A stretch of DNA of 64,000 bases from an uncultured bacterium. GTDB lineage: Bacteria; Chloroflexota; UBA5177; JANWHV01. The notes below the pieces were generated by a model that made no database searches, was not told where the DNA came from, and was given only the letters and a program-made list of their open reading frames with translations. A program made the translations under genes and the position numbers. The stretch's first letter is position 1. The number at the start of each line of letters is the position of its first letter. Location: positions 128,001 to 192,000 of the forward strand of contig CAWHAE010000018.1 of assembly GCA_963827235.1 (NCBI GenBank), written 5' to 3'. This document shows, piece by piece, positions 1 through 10,769 of this stretch.

Positions 1-345
1 GCGCTTGCCCTGCTTGTCGTGTGCACGAGCGTGGCCGCCACAGGATTGAGCATGGTGCTCGCGTGTGTGGTCAAGACACAGCGGCAGCTGCGCCCGATCA
101 GCACGCTGATCGTGCTTGGCTTCTCGGCCGTGGGCGGCTCCTGGGTGCCGCTGTGGCTGGAGCCACAGTGGCTGCAAAGCCTTTCCAAGATCTCCATCAC
201 GGCCTGGGCAATGCAGGCGTTCAACGGCTTGATGATCTTCGACAAAGGGTTCATCGACGTGCTGCCCGATATCGCGGCCCTGCTCATCTACGGCATCGTG
301 TGCTTGGCCGTCGCCGGACGCCTCTTTCGCTTCCGTGAAGCCTGA
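1..345 (+). CDS. ABC-2 type transporter permease, C-terminal part (truncated at window start)
   Basis: Open frame from base 1; hydrophobic helices with SAVGGSWVP..PQWLQSLSKISITAWAMQAF, typical of ABC-2 permease C-termini. Confidence 0.85.
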   Translation, partial: ALALLVVCTSVAATGLSMVLACVVKTQRQLRPISTLIVLGFSAVGGSWVPLWLEPQWLQSLSKISITAWAMQAFNGLMIFDKGFIDVLPDIAALLIYGIVCLAVAGRLFRFREA

Positions 346-372
346 GCGGCGACCGCGTTTTCAGCCAGAACG

Positions 373-1863
373 TTGGGGCCTTCGCTGCCACGCCTTTCAG
401 CGGACGCAAGCTTGGCACCGAAGGACCCCGCCGCGCGGACTGCTGCGGATGGCAAAGAGTATCTTATGTTTGATAGAGACACACCGGACCAATCGAGCCT
501 GCAACGAGCGGTCAGAATACGGAATGTGGCCCCAATGGTAGCGACCGATCCCGATTCGACAAGCAGCGAAGCTCGATCCTACGGTCGGGAGTCCTCCAGA
601 GTACCCCCGCGTGTCGACGAATCCACGGAGGTGCCCCGCCCAGACTTCACTCTTGTCGGGCGGCTCAACTTTATCTGGCTGGGGACCCTCGTGGTCATCG
701 TGGTCTCCGGCGACGCGACGGCGACAAGCCGCGATCCGGGGCTGTGGTCGTCCTGGCGAGGTCCGGCGATAGCGGTCCTGTCCCTCACAATGGTGGCGTG
801 GTATCTCCCGGTGCTGTTGCGCGTCCTGCAGCCACGGGGGAACGGCAGGCGCTATGCGTGGCAGCTGGACGACCGGGGCATGGTCTATTGGCTTGGGGTG
901 GGCTTCGTTCTGGTCGCGCTGCTGCTGATCTTCAATCGAAGCTTTGTTGGCCTGACGTATGCGCTGATGGGTGCAAGCGTGTTCCTGCCGTTGCCGCGGG
1001 CGCTCCTGCCTGTCGGTGCTGCCGTGCTCATGAACATGTGGGCGCTGGGGCTCCTTCCGCCTCCAGCCGGGCAGTCGTGGAGCGACACGGCCGGCGGGCT
1101 CTTCACCACGGTGATGAGCATCGTGCTGGTCTACGCTCTTTCCACGCTCATCCGCGAGCGGGTGCGACGTGAGCAGCTCTTCGCCGAGCTCAGCGATGCC
1201 CACCGCCGCCTGCGCCTGGCGGCAGCACGCGAATCAGACGCGGCGACCCTGCGGGAGCGCAACCGTCTGGCGCGCGAGATGCACGATAGCCTGGGGCACG
1301 CGCTCGTCTCCATCGCCATCAAGCTGGAAGGCGTGCGGCTCCTCTACCCGGTCAACGCGCAGCGCGCCGAGACACAGCTTGAGGAGACGACACAGCTGGT
1401 ACGCGCCACGATGACCGACTTGCGCCATTCGCTGGCGGGGCTGCGACCGCCCGCGCTGGAAGAGCGATCGCTGCCCTGCGCGCTCGCGGAGCTGGCCGAG
1501 CAGTTGAATCGTACCGACGGCCTCACCGCCGACTGCTCGATCGACGCCGATGCCGCGACGCTCGACCGGCGCGTGCAGGAGACGCTGTATCGCATTGGGC
1601 AGGAAGCGCTCACCAACGTAGCCAAGCACGCGCGAGCGACGCGCGTCTCTCTCTCGCTCAAGGTCAGCAGTGCCGACGCGCTGCTGGAGGTTGGCGATAA
1701 TGGCGTTGGGCTGGAGACCGCTCCTCGCCACGGTCCCGGCCAATTCGGCGTGCGGGGCATGCGCGAGCGCGTTGAGGCCCTGGGCGGCGCGTTCACCCTT
1801 GGTCCGCGGCCTGAAGGGGGAACCCTCCTGCGCGCGAGAGTTCCTCTGGCGGCAGATGTATGA
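373..1863 (+). CDS. Membrane sensor histidine kinase (HisKA_3, DesK/NarX-like); true start probably downstream (466 or 535)
   Basis: Several TM segments; ERNRLAREMHDSLGH H-box, QEALTNVAKHA N-box, DNGVG and GVRGMRER G-boxes. Confidence 0.93.
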   Translation: MGPSLPRLSADASLAPKDPAARTAADGKEYLMFDRDTPDQSSLQRAVRIRNVAPMVATDPDSTSSEARSYGRESSRVPPRVDESTEVPRPDFTLVGRLNFIWLGTLVVIVVSGDATATSRDPGLWSSWRGPAIAVLSLTMVAWYLPVLLRVLQPRGNGRRYAWQLDDRGMVYWLGVGFVLVALLLIFNRSFVGLTYALMGASVFLPLPRALLPVGAAVLMNMWALGLLPPPAGQSWSDTAGGLFTTVMSIVLVYALSTLIRERVRREQLFAELSDAHRRLRLAAARESDAATLRERNRLAREMHDSLGHALVSIAIKLEGVRLLYPVNAQRAETQLEETTQLVRATMTDLRHSLAGLRPPALEERSLPCALAELAEQLNRTDGLTADCSIDADAATLDRRVQETLYRIGQEALTNVAKHARATRVSLSLKVSSADALLEVGDNGVGLETAPRHGPGQFGVRGMRERVEALGGAFTLGPRPEGGTLLRARVPLAADV

Positions 1864-2495
1864 GCGCCATCCGCATCGTGCTCTGCGAGGACCAAACCAT
1901 CGTCCGTGAGGGACTGCGCACCATCCTGGACTTGCAGCCGGACATGCTCGTGGTGGGCGAGGCAGCCAACGGCGAGGAAGCGATACGTCGCACGCTCGAG
2001 GTGCGCCCCGACATTGTGCTGATGGACATCCAGATGCCCCGGCGCAGCGGCGTGGAAGCCACGGCGCTGGTGACGGCGTCATGCCCGGAGTGCCGCGTGA
2101 TCGTGCTGACGACCTTCGACTATGAAGAGTACGTGTTTGATGCGGTCAAAGCCGGTGCTATGGGCTACCTCCTCAAGGACGTGCCGGCCCGCGAGCTGGT
2201 CGACACCATCCGGCGTGTGCATGCCGGAGAATCGTTCATTCAACCCCAGGTAGCGAGCAAGCTGCTCCTGGAATTCGGCAGGCGATCGCGATCGCCGCAA
2301 GAGGAAGAGCTGACCGAGCGAGAGCGTGAGGTACTGCAGCACCTCGCCGCGGGCGACAGCAACCGCGACATAGGGGCGGCGCTGTTCCTGGCTGAAGGCA
2401 CTGTCAAGAATCATGTCTCGAACATCATGGGCAAGCTCCACGCCGCTAACCGCACCCACGCCGTGAGTCTCGCACGCGAGCAAGGCCTGCTCTGA
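1860..2495 (+). CDS. NarL/LuxR-family response regulator
   Basis: Receiver (EDQ, LMDIQMP, GYLLKD) plus LuxR HTH (LTEREREVL..EGTVKNHVSNI); ATGA overlap with the kinase. Confidence 0.96.
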   Translation: MSAIRIVLCEDQTIVREGLRTILDLQPDMLVVGEAANGEEAIRRTLEVRPDIVLMDIQMPRRSGVEATALVTASCPECRVIVLTTFDYEEYVFDAVKAGAMGYLLKDVPARELVDTIRRVHAGESFIQPQVASKLLLEFGRRSRSPQEEELTEREREVLQHLAAGDSNRDIGAALFLAEGTVKNHVSNIMGKLHAANRTHAVSLAREQGLL

Positions 2496-2603
2496 CCACT
2501 ACCGCTCATGGCAACCGTGCCGATGAAGACGCACCGTAGTCAGGCCAGGGTGGTACCCGCGGGGGCGGAGTGAGCTCCGCGCATGGCCCGGCATGGCTTG
2601 CCT

Positions 2604-3452
2604 TTAGTATCGCGGCGGGCCCTGCACGATGCGGGCACGCATGTCGGCGAGCGATCCGCGCCGGCTGGTCAGCTCCTCCTGCCACCACGTCAGTCCGGCC
2701 GCGGCGTAGGAAGCAACGATCTCGGTCGCCCGCCCCGGATCGTCTCCCGGCGTGGAGCCCGCCAACACGACGTCGAAAGGCCCGTCGCCGGTGCGCTCCG
2801 CCATCGCACAGGCGACGATAGCGCGCAGCTCGTCCGGCGTTGGCAGTGCGAACTCGCCGGAGATGAAGGGGAAGACGCCATCCCATCGCCCGGCACGCCG
2901 CATTGGCTTGCGGTGGGGCCAGGTACCCGCAACCCAGATCGGAATGCGCGGCTGCTGTACCGGCGTCGGCAGAAATACCGCATCGTGCACCTGGAAGTAC
3001 TCGCCCTCATAGCTGAAGGGTTGGGTGGACCAAAGACCCGTCAGCACGTCGAGGCCCTCGTCGAGCTTGCGCGCGCGCACACTCGGTGCCGGATCCTCGC
3101 CAAACGCCGCGAAGTCGGCCCCCGGCGGCTCGCCCAGCCCAACCCCGAGCGTGAGACGACCGCCGGAGAGGTGGTCGAGGGCGACGGTTTCTCGGGCGAG
3201 CTTCCAGGGGCGACGGCGCGCGATAGGCGTAATCATCGGACCGATGCGCAACCGGTGCGTGGATACCGCGATTGCCGACAGCGCCACAAAGGCATCCGTG
3301 AACGGGATGTGCATCGGCGGATCGAAGCATTGCAGGTGATCCCATACGAAGAAGCCGTCCCAGCCGGCGCTCTCGGCGTCGCGGGCCAGAGCACACAAGA
3401 CTCGCGCGTCTCCGTACTCGCCGAAAACAGGCACGTTGATCGCGTACTTCAT
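2604..3452 (-). CDS. LLM-class flavin-dependent oxidoreductase
   Basis: AESAGWDGFFVWDH, LDHLSGGRLTLGVGLG and PVQQPRIPIWVAG luciferase-like motifs. Confidence 0.92.
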   Translation of the reverse strand: MKYAINVPVFGEYGDARVLCALARDAESAGWDGFFVWDHLQCFDPPMHIPFTDAFVALSAIAVSTHRLRIGPMITPIARRRPWKLARETVALDHLSGGRLTLGVGLGEPPGADFAAFGEDPAPSVRARKLDEGLDVLTGLWSTQPFSYEGEYFQVHDAVFLPTPVQQPRIPIWVAGTWPHRKPMRRAGRWDGVFPFISGEFALPTPDELRAIVACAMAERTGDGPFDVVLAGSTPGDDPGRATEIVASYAAAGLTWWQEELTSRRGSLADMRARIVQGPPRY

Positions 3453-3782
3453 TCGTCACTCCCTTCGCCCGCCATTCAGTCGGTCCCGGCGGGGGGCACT
3501 GCCATTGTACAGCCGTGCACCACGGCAGCCGATATGGCGAATTGGTGAAAATAAGTGGAGTATAAGTATGGTAAACTTGGCTTGCGCGTAGTCCACAACC
3601 GGTGGCGGATCCTCCGCCGCGCGGGATAGAGCACGTTGCCGCCTTCAGTCGTGACCGGAGCAGTATCCGGACCATCCTGCGCGCAGCCCTTGCTCATGGC
3701 GATTACCAGGGCTGGCAGCCAGTCCATCCCGGGAGTGAGTTGCACCGCAAGCAGCGTGTAGTGAACAGGAGGGCACAAGGAC

Positions 3783-4949
3783 GTGGCCAAGGTGTTGTGT
3801 GTTCTCTACGACGATCCGATAGATGGGTATCCGCCGTCGTACGCTCGCGATTCGGTCCCTGCACTCGAGCACTACCCCGGCGGCCAGACCGTGCCCAGCC
3901 CGGAACGGATCGACTTCCGCCCGGGAGCGCTGCTGGGCTGCGTGTCGGGCGCGCTCGGCTTGCGGCGCTTTCTGGAAGATCAGGGACACTCGCTGATCGT
4001 AACCGCGGACAAAGATGGTCCGGGCTCGGTATTCGAGCGCGAGCTTCCCGATGCCGACGTGGTGATCTCGCAGCCGTTCTGGCCGGCTTACCTCACCCGG
4101 GAGCGTATCGCGCGGGCGCCGAGGCTCAAGCTCGCCATCACGGCCGGCATCGGATCGGACCACGTGGACCTGCAGGCGGCCATCGAACGCGGCATCACCG
4201 TGGCCGAGGTCACGTACAGCAACAGCATCAGTGTGGCCGAGCACGTCGTGATGCTGATCCTCTCACTCGTGCGCAACTACCTGCCGTCCCACCAGTGGGT
4301 GCTCGACAAGGGCTGGAACATCGCCGATTGTGTCGCGCGCTCCTACGACCTGGAAGGCATGGACGTCGGATCCGTGGCGGCCGGACGCATCGGCACGGCC
4401 GTGCTGCGGCGCCTGCAGCCCTTCGATGTCAGGCTGCACTACACGGATCGGCATCGGTTGCCCGAGGAGACGGAGCGCACGCTCGGTGTGACCTTCCATC
4501 CCGACGTGGAATCGCTGGTCCGCGCCTGCGACGTGGTGACGATCAACTGCCCGCTGCATCCGGAAACAGAGCACATGTTTGACGACACGCTGATCGCCAA
4601 GATGAAACGCGGCGCCTATATCGTCAACACCGCCCGAGGCAAGATCTGCGATCGCGATGCCATCGTGCGGGCGCTCGAGAGCGGGCAGCTGGCCGGGTAT
4701 GCCGGCGATGTCTGGTACCCGCAGCCGGCTCCGCCGGATCACCCGTGGCGTACGATGCCCCACCAGGGCATGACGCCGCACGTGTCCGGTTCGTCGTTGT
4801 CGGCACAGGCACGCTACGCGGCAGGCACGCGCGAGATTCTGGAGTGCTGGCTCGAAGGCCGGCCGATTCGCGAAGAGTACCTGATTGTCGATGGAGGAAA
4901 GCTCGCTGGTAGCGGCGCCCACTCGTACAGCACGCGCCCGGGCGGCTGA
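3783..4949 (+). CDS. fdh: NAD-dependent formate dehydrogenase
   Basis: AKVLCVLYDDP start, ISQPFWPAY, AGIGSDHVD, AAGRIG, YTDRH, NTARG, GDVWYPQPAP, MTPHVSG; GTG start after AGGAGG. Confidence 0.97.
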   Translation: MAKVLCVLYDDPIDGYPPSYARDSVPALEHYPGGQTVPSPERIDFRPGALLGCVSGALGLRRFLEDQGHSLIVTADKDGPGSVFERELPDADVVISQPFWPAYLTRERIARAPRLKLAITAGIGSDHVDLQAAIERGITVAEVTYSNSISVAEHVVMLILSLVRNYLPSHQWVLDKGWNIADCVARSYDLEGMDVGSVAAGRIGTAVLRRLQPFDVRLHYTDRHRLPEETERTLGVTFHPDVESLVRACDVVTINCPLHPETEHMFDDTLIAKMKRGAYIVNTARGKICDRDAIVRALESGQLAGYAGDVWYPQPAPPDHPWRTMPHQGMTPHVSGSSLSAQARYAAGTREILECWLEGRPIREEYLIVDGGKLAGSGAHSYSTRPGG

Positions 4950-5337
4950 GTCGGCACGGCACGGAGAAGCGAGGGCCGCGCAACTCGGTCGCCCGGCCCT
5001 CGCCCGCCAACGCGCCGTTCGCGCGGCCGGCCAGCGTGCTGCCAGGACGCCGGCAACCCATAGAGCACGTTGATATCGGTCGCCGGGGCCCGTCTGGCCC
5101 GGCATTACCGGCGCCTGGTGCGCCGGCCATGGGTGCGGCCGGCTTCCTTCCCACCATCGTAGTCGTCTCCCTGGGATCACGATCCGGTCCCAAAGCTGCC
5201 TCGGCCTTGACTTCCCGGTCCGACCCCACTCGCATGTAGTAGGCTTCATACCGACGGCGTTCTGCACGGATGATGTGCATGGAGTGGGCAGAGTCTCTTC
5301 TCCAACAGATGACGCCTCCAGATCACGGGAGAGGAAT

Positions 5338-6939
5338 ATGGACCGAAGCGAAGCCGCAATCGCAATTGAAAGCGGCAAGTCCACCCTCGGCGTCGAGTTC
5401 GGCTCGACACGCATCAAGGCGGTGCTGATCGGTGACGATCATGCGCCGCTCGCCTCGGGAAGCTATGAGTGGGAAAACCGATTCGAGAATGGGGTCTGGA
5501 CCTACCACCTCGACGACGTGTGGACCGGCTTGCAGGCCAGCTACCGCCAGCTGAGCGACGAAGTCTTTGCAACATACAAAGTCCGGCTCCAGACCGTTGG
5601 CGCCATCGGTTTCAGCGCCATGATGCACGGGTATCTGGCCTTCGATCAGGACGACCACCTGCTGGCACCGTTCCGGACCTGGCGGAACACTATGACCGGA
5701 CAGGCGGCCGAGCAGCTGACCGAGCTGTTCCAGTTCAATATTCCCCACCGGTGGAGCATTGCCCACCTCTACCAGGCGATATTGAACCAGGAACCCCACG
5801 TTCGAGACATTCACTACTTGACCACGCTGGCCGGCTATGTCCACTGGCGGCTGACGGGGCACAAGGTCCTGGGCGTCGGCGACGCCTCGGGCATGTTTCC
5901 CATCGATAGCACGACCAACACCTACGACGTGCGCATGATGGAACAGTTCCATGAACGGGTCGCGGCGGCCCAGCTGCCCTGGACCCTTGAGCGTATCCTG
6001 CCCGCGGTCCTGGTGGCCGGACAGTCTGCCGGCCTGCTCACCGCGGAAGGCGCCGGGCTCATCGACTCCACGGGACAACTGCAGGCGGGTATCCCGCTCT
6101 GCCCGCCCGAGGGTGACGCGGGCACGGGCATGGTGGCGACCAACAGCATTGCGGAGCGCACGGGCAACGTGTCCGCGGGCACGTCGATCTTCGCCATGAT
6201 TGTGTTGGAAAAAGCCCTCTCCCGCCTGCACCCCGAGATCGACATGGTGACGACGCCGACAGGGCGGCCGGTAGCCATGGTCCACTGCAACAACGGCACA
6301 TCCGACCTCAACGCCTGGGTCAACCTGTTCCGGGACTTCACTGCGGCGCTCGGGGTGGAGATCAGTCAAGCCCGGCTGTTTGAGTTGCTCTATCAACAGG
6401 CCCTCGCGGGCGATGCCGATGGTGGCGGCCTTCTCGCCTACAACTACTATGCGGGTGAGCCTATCACACAAGTGGAAGCGGGGCGTGCCCTGTTTGTCCG
6501 CACGCCCGAGAGCCATTTCACGCTGCCGAATTTCATGCGCGTGCATCTGTTTTCCGCGCTCGGCACGCTCAAGATCGGTCTGGACATCCTCTTCGACCAG
6601 GAGCAGGTCAAGCTTGACCAGATTCTCGGCCACGGTGGCTTCTTCAAGACGGCGGAGGTGGGTCAGAAAGTCATGGCAGCGGCAATGCATGTTCCGGTGT
6701 CCGTGATGGAGACCGCGGGTGAGGGCGGCGCCTGGGGCATTGCGCTGCTGGCCTCCTACTTGCTCCATAAGCAAGCAAATGAACCGCTGGACGCCTATCT
6801 CTCCACGAAGGTCTTTGCCGAGGGACGCAGCACGACCATCGCTCCCGATCCACGGGATGTCGATGGCTTTAGAGCTTTCATGGAACGCTACCAACGAGGG
6901 CTGGTCATCGAAAAAGCTGCCGTGGATGGACTGCTCTAG
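5338..6939 (+). CDS. FGGY-family carbohydrate kinase (ribulokinase/xylulokinase-like)
   Basis: [46 protein letters not shown]; ATG at 5338 after GAGAGG. Confidence 0.92.
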   Translation: MDRSEAAIAIESGKSTLGVEFGSTRIKAVLIGDDHAPLASGSYEWENRFENGVWTYHLDDVWTGLQASYRQLSDEVFATYKVRLQTVGAIGFSAMMHGYLAFDQDDHLLAPFRTWRNTMTGQAAEQLTELFQFNIPHRWSIAHLYQAILNQEPHVRDIHYLTTLAGYVHWRLTGHKVLGVGDASGMFPIDSTTNTYDVRMMEQFHERVAAAQLPWTLERILPAVLVAGQSAGLLTAEGAGLIDSTGQLQAGIPLCPPEGDAGTGMVATNSIAERTGNVSAGTSIFAMIVLEKALSRLHPEIDMVTTPTGRPVAMVHCNNGTSDLNAWVNLFRDFTAALGVEISQARLFELLYQQALAGDADGGGLLAYNYYAGEPITQVEAGRALFVRTPESHFTLPNFMRVHLFSALGTLKIGLDILFDQEQVKLDQILGHGGFFKTAEVGQKVMAAAMHVPVSVMETAGEGGAWGIALLASYLLHKQANEPLDAYLSTKVFAEGRSTTIAPDPRDVDGFRAFMERYQRGLVIEKAAVDGLL

Positions 6940-7064
6940 TCGGCCGACACGATCAGAAAGGGAGAGTGATGCGGCGGCCGTGTGCAGCGGCGGCACGCAC
7001 ACGTTGATCCGCAGGGCGTGTCTGAGTCGCCGCTTCGCAACTCGCACAGGTATTCCGGCACCCA

Positions 7065-7112
7065 TACCCCTGGCCGGGAGACGCGGTACGCTGCGTCTCC
7101 CGGCCAGGGGTA
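7065..7112. repeat. Perfect 20-bp inverted repeat (stem-loop) between convergent genes
   Basis: tacccctggccgggagacgc (7065-7084) is the exact reverse complement of 7093-7112; 8-nt loop. Confidence 0.85.
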
Positions 7113-7440
7113 GGGCGACCCACGAGTGCGGCACGGATCGGCGCCGGGGGAACGCAGCCCAGCGCATGGCAGGCTGCAGCGAGCCCAGCGAAGACCTCGG
7201 TGCAGGGAGATTTGCGTGCGCTGGCACCGCCTCACGTCCGGGGCCGCGCCGGCGCTCAACGTAGCGCATTCACCGCGTCACCGCGGAGCCAGGCTAGATC
7301 GCGTTCAGAAAAATCGCAAGTGCCCAAGCGGAGCACCTTCGCTGCCACCTGAGTCCCTCGAACTGGAGCTGCGACTCGGTCAATGCGCCTGCGCATGCGC
7401 TGGAGTAGCGAGTTCAGCAGGCCACCCATCGACGATCCTG

Positions 7441-7974
7441 CTATGGCTTGCTGGGGCCGGTGAAGCGGGCCAGCAGCGGGACGAGCACCTGCGCGTTGGG
7501 GGTTCCCAGGCCCGTTACCGGGTCCCATCCGCGAGCGGCCTGGTAGCCGTTGTAACCGGCCGTAATGTCGTGAAATGCCTTGGGGTAGCGCGAGCTACGG
7601 GCGATGCGGTAGAGGACGGGATTCACGGAGCCAAGGTCGCGAGGGGCGTACTGGTCCGCCAAGGCCACGAGTCCTCCCCACAGCGGCGCGGAGTTGCTGG
7701 TGCCAGCGGCCGTTTCGAGGTATCCCTGGCCACCGGCGGCGTCGACCCGCGCCATTTCGCCGACCTCATCAGCGCTACCGGCCACGTCGGGCACGCCCCT
7801 CGTCTTGGAGATTCCGGGGACGTCATCCTGATAGGCGGGACGGGCGTACAGGCGGCTGGAGCCGCCACCCGATTCGGGTCAGGCGATCTCGCCCATGTAC
7901 GCGCCGGTCGAAGGAAGTGCTGCGACGACGAGCAGGTGTGCTCGCCATGAGCGGATCAGCCGCTGCCGCCGCAT
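7441..7974 (-). pseudogene. S53 (sedolisin/kumamolisin) peptidase remnant with internal deletion and in-frame stop
   Basis: One frame reads MRRQRLIRSWRAHLLVVAALPSTGAYMGEIA*PESGGGSSRLYARPAYQ..RGVPDVA..AGTSNSAPLW..FHDITAG..GWDPVTGLGTP; TGA at 7879-7881; prodomain and front of catalytic domain absent. Confidence 0.85.
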
Positions 7975-8219
7975 GCTGGTCTCCCTCTGATCTTCTCCCG
8001 ACCTGCACATTGCTTCTACGCCACGTGCGGTTTCGCTGATCAGGTACGGTGCCGCCGCGCCAGAAAGTCGCACACGGTCAGGTACAGTGAGCCAGCGTCA
8101 ATCGTAGCACACGTCTGCCCGGGCCGGCTGCCATGGCAGAGCCCGTAGCCCGGTTGGTAGAGCGATGAGGATACTCGGGCAGCAGGGTCGTTTGCCACTT
8201 GCCGGCGCTGCGCAGCACG

Positions 8220-9479
8220 CTACGCCCGCCGGACAGTACTGCGCCGTCCCGGGAAGCCGGTTCGCAGCGTCGCGATCACCGCGAGCGCAGCCTGGGGCAC
8301 GGTGAGGATCAGTATCGTCGCAGTGCCGCCCAGTGACTGCAGGAGCACACCGGCAATTGCCAGTGCAACCGGCTCGCAGCCCACGGTGATGAGCTGGAAC
8401 ACGCTGTTGACGCGACCCAGCAGGTCCTCGGGAATGAGCTGGAGACGGTAGCTGTACTGGGTGACCCAGAAGATGGTCACCGGCAGCCAGCCGACCACGT
8501 CTGCCAGGAACAGCGCGGGCAGATTTGGTGCGAGGGCGAAGGGAAACCAGGTGATCACCCAAGCCCAGGTGACGGCGATCATGATCTGACCCACTGTGAA
8601 TCGTCTGCGCAGCCGAGCGGCAAGCAGCGCTCCGATCATGCCGCCAACGCCGCCGGCGCAGAAGAGCAGACCGGTCAGGAAGGCATCCGCGTGCATCTCG
8701 TGGGCGCGCACGATCAGGATCAACGGGTAGCCGAAACTGCACACATTGAGTCCACCGATCAACAACGCCAGGAAGCGCAGCCGGGCGTGGCCCCAGAGCC
8801 AGCGGAGCCCTTCGCGCATCTCCGCCCACAGTCCAGCCGGCACAGCGGCGCGGTCGCCCTGGAAGTCCGTCTTGATGCAGAGCAGTGATACCACGGAAAC
8901 GGCGTACGAGAGCGCGTCCGCCAGGAATGGCAGTGCCCGGCTCGCCGAGTAGAGCAGGCCGGCCAGCGATGGGCCGGCAAGGCGGGCGGCGGAGTCACTC
9001 GCGGAGCCGAGACTAACCGCGACGGGCACGTCTTCCCGGCACACCATCTGGGTGAGGCAGCTGCTCCCCGCCGCGGTGTAGAAGCTCGCGAAGGTGGCTT
9101 CCAGCAGCGATGCCAGCACGAGCTGCGCGAGCGTCAAGTGCCCGAGCAGCAACGCTATTGGGATACTGGACAGTGCCAGTCCGCGGACGGCGTCCGAGAC
9201 GAGCATCAAGCGTTTGCGATCACATCGGTCCGCCAACACTCCCGCCGGCAGGGGAAGCAGTGTCCAGGGCAGGCTGGCAAGCGCACTCAACAGACCGGTT
9301 TCCGCCGGAGATCGAGTGATAGCCAGCGTCAGCAATGGGAACGCAAGCTGCGATACCTGCGAGCCTACTCCGGACAGGGTCTGCCCGCACCACAGCAACA
9401 CGAAGTCACGATTCCTCCGGATGGAGGCCAGGGTTCCTAGTCCGGCTTGTTCAATCCTGTCAATCTGCTCCGCCACCAT
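8220..9479 (-). CDS. MFS transporter (MFS_3/DHA3-like efflux)
   Basis: RNRDFVLLWCGQTLS, motif A AGVLADRCDRKRLM, about 12 TM, LLGRVNS; ATG at 9479 after GAGGAG. Confidence 0.93.
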   Translation of the reverse strand: MVAEQIDRIEQAGLGTLASIRRNRDFVLLWCGQTLSGVGSQVSQLAFPLLTLAITRSPAETGLLSALASLPWTLLPLPAGVLADRCDRKRLMLVSDAVRGLALSSIPIALLLGHLTLAQLVLASLLEATFASFYTAAGSSCLTQMVCREDVPVAVSLGSASDSAARLAGPSLAGLLYSASRALPFLADALSYAVSVVSLLCIKTDFQGDRAAVPAGLWAEMREGLRWLWGHARLRFLALLIGGLNVCSFGYPLILIVRAHEMHADAFLTGLLFCAGGVGGMIGALLAARLRRRFTVGQIMIAVTWAWVITWFPFALAPNLPALFLADVVGWLPVTIFWVTQYSYRLQLIPEDLLGRVNSVFQLITVGCEPVALAIAGVLLQSLGGTATILILTVPQAALAVIATLRTGFPGRRSTVRRA

Positions 9480-10030
9480 CGATCGCTCCTCTTCGCACAC
9501 ACCAACGCCGTGTGGCCGCAGGTCGCGGCCACACAGTTGTGCCCGGCGTGGGAATAGGAGAAGGAGAACGACGCGGAACCGAAGGGGATGGCTCGTCATG
9601 GGGTGCGGCCTCGACTCGGCATGGCCGGCGAGGACGACGAACGAGCGGCGCCACCTCTAGCCGCGTAGACCCAGCGCCGGGCCTACGCGGCGAAGCGGCT
9701 TGTCTGAATGAACGGCAAGGTGTTCAGGTGCGATAGCCGATGCCTCATGCAGCCCATCCTAGCGGCCCGCTTGGCGTTACGTCAACAATGTGAAGCGAAC
9801 TATACTGTGCTCCTCCCGAGGAGAGCGTCGCCTTGTGCTCGCGCGAGACGAAGGTGAGCCTGCTCGTGAAACGCTCCAGAAACGGCAGTGGCCTAGAGTA
9901 CGTCCAGGTGCGAGCGCGGCCACGATGCAGCCGATCGTCACACGGCAGCAACGCTGCCAGAAGGAGGGTTTCGGCGGTAAGGGAAGGGCGTGAGCAAGTT
10001 GGAGATGATGTAGAAGATAAGGAGTCAATC

Positions 10031-10612
10031 ATGCGGCGGACCATCGTATTGCTCAGGGTCGTCTTGCTGCTCGTGCTGACCGCCTGCGCCGGCGGGCAGC
10101 CAGGCACGTTACCGGCACGCGCGCAAGGACCGGCAGCCACGCGGCCGGCGTTGCCCGCACAGCTGCTGATCATCAAGCGTTTTGGCGCGGCGCTACGCAG
10201 CCAACCTTCCAGCAGCGCCGCCATCGTCATGGTGATGGAGTGTGGCTCGCGGGTAAACGTGTCCGGCGCCAGCGCAGGCTGGTACCGCGTGTTCGCTGGC
10301 CGCTACGCGGGGTGGGTCGGCGGCGCGCGGGTAGCGGACGCACAGAATCCTCCCGCCTACGACTGCACGGACTCGTACACGTTCCAGATGGGAGAGCACG
10401 CATATAGCTTCGTCAGGACCGGTTGCCTGAGCCTGCGTGCCCAGCCCTCGCGGCATGCTGCCTACCACTATTGCGTCTCGAATCACCACGACTATGTGGT
10501 GACCAATGGGCCGATCGAGGTAGCAGGGGAGGACTGGTTGGGCGTCACGAGCCCGTCGACGGGAGGCGGCTGGTCGCTCGCGCAATATCTGTATCCCTAC
10601 TTTCGAAACTGA
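10031..10612 (+). CDS. Lipoprotein with two SH3b-like domains
   Basis: Lipobox LTAC after hydrophobic stretch; ALRSQPS..GWYRV..GWV and LSLRAQPS..DWLGV..GWSLAQYL; AAGGAG RBS. Confidence 0.75.
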   Translation: MRRTIVLLRVVLLLVLTACAGGQPGTLPARAQGPAATRPALPAQLLIIKRFGAALRSQPSSSAAIVMVMECGSRVNVSGASAGWYRVFAGRYAGWVGGARVADAQNPPAYDCTDSYTFQMGEHAYSFVRTGCLSLRAQPSRHAAYHYCVSNHHDYVVTNGPIEVAGEDWLGVTSPSTGGGWSLAQYLYPYFRN

Positions 10613-10769
10613 CGCGCGAGCGACCAGCCGCACGCAAACTGGAGCGCCTCACCAGCGGTCACCGGCCCGCTCGCCCTTCCGGCCGTCGAACACAGCGGCG
10701 CAGCGATCCGCGACAACATCGAAGGCGCCTTCGGCGAGCTGCGCGGCTACCCGCGGCAGCGGCCGGTGT

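Noticed and set aside
7879-7881. In-frame TGA as selenocysteine or readthrough
   Set aside because: Falls at an expected Trp position and the gene is also heavily deleted; pseudogene is simpler.
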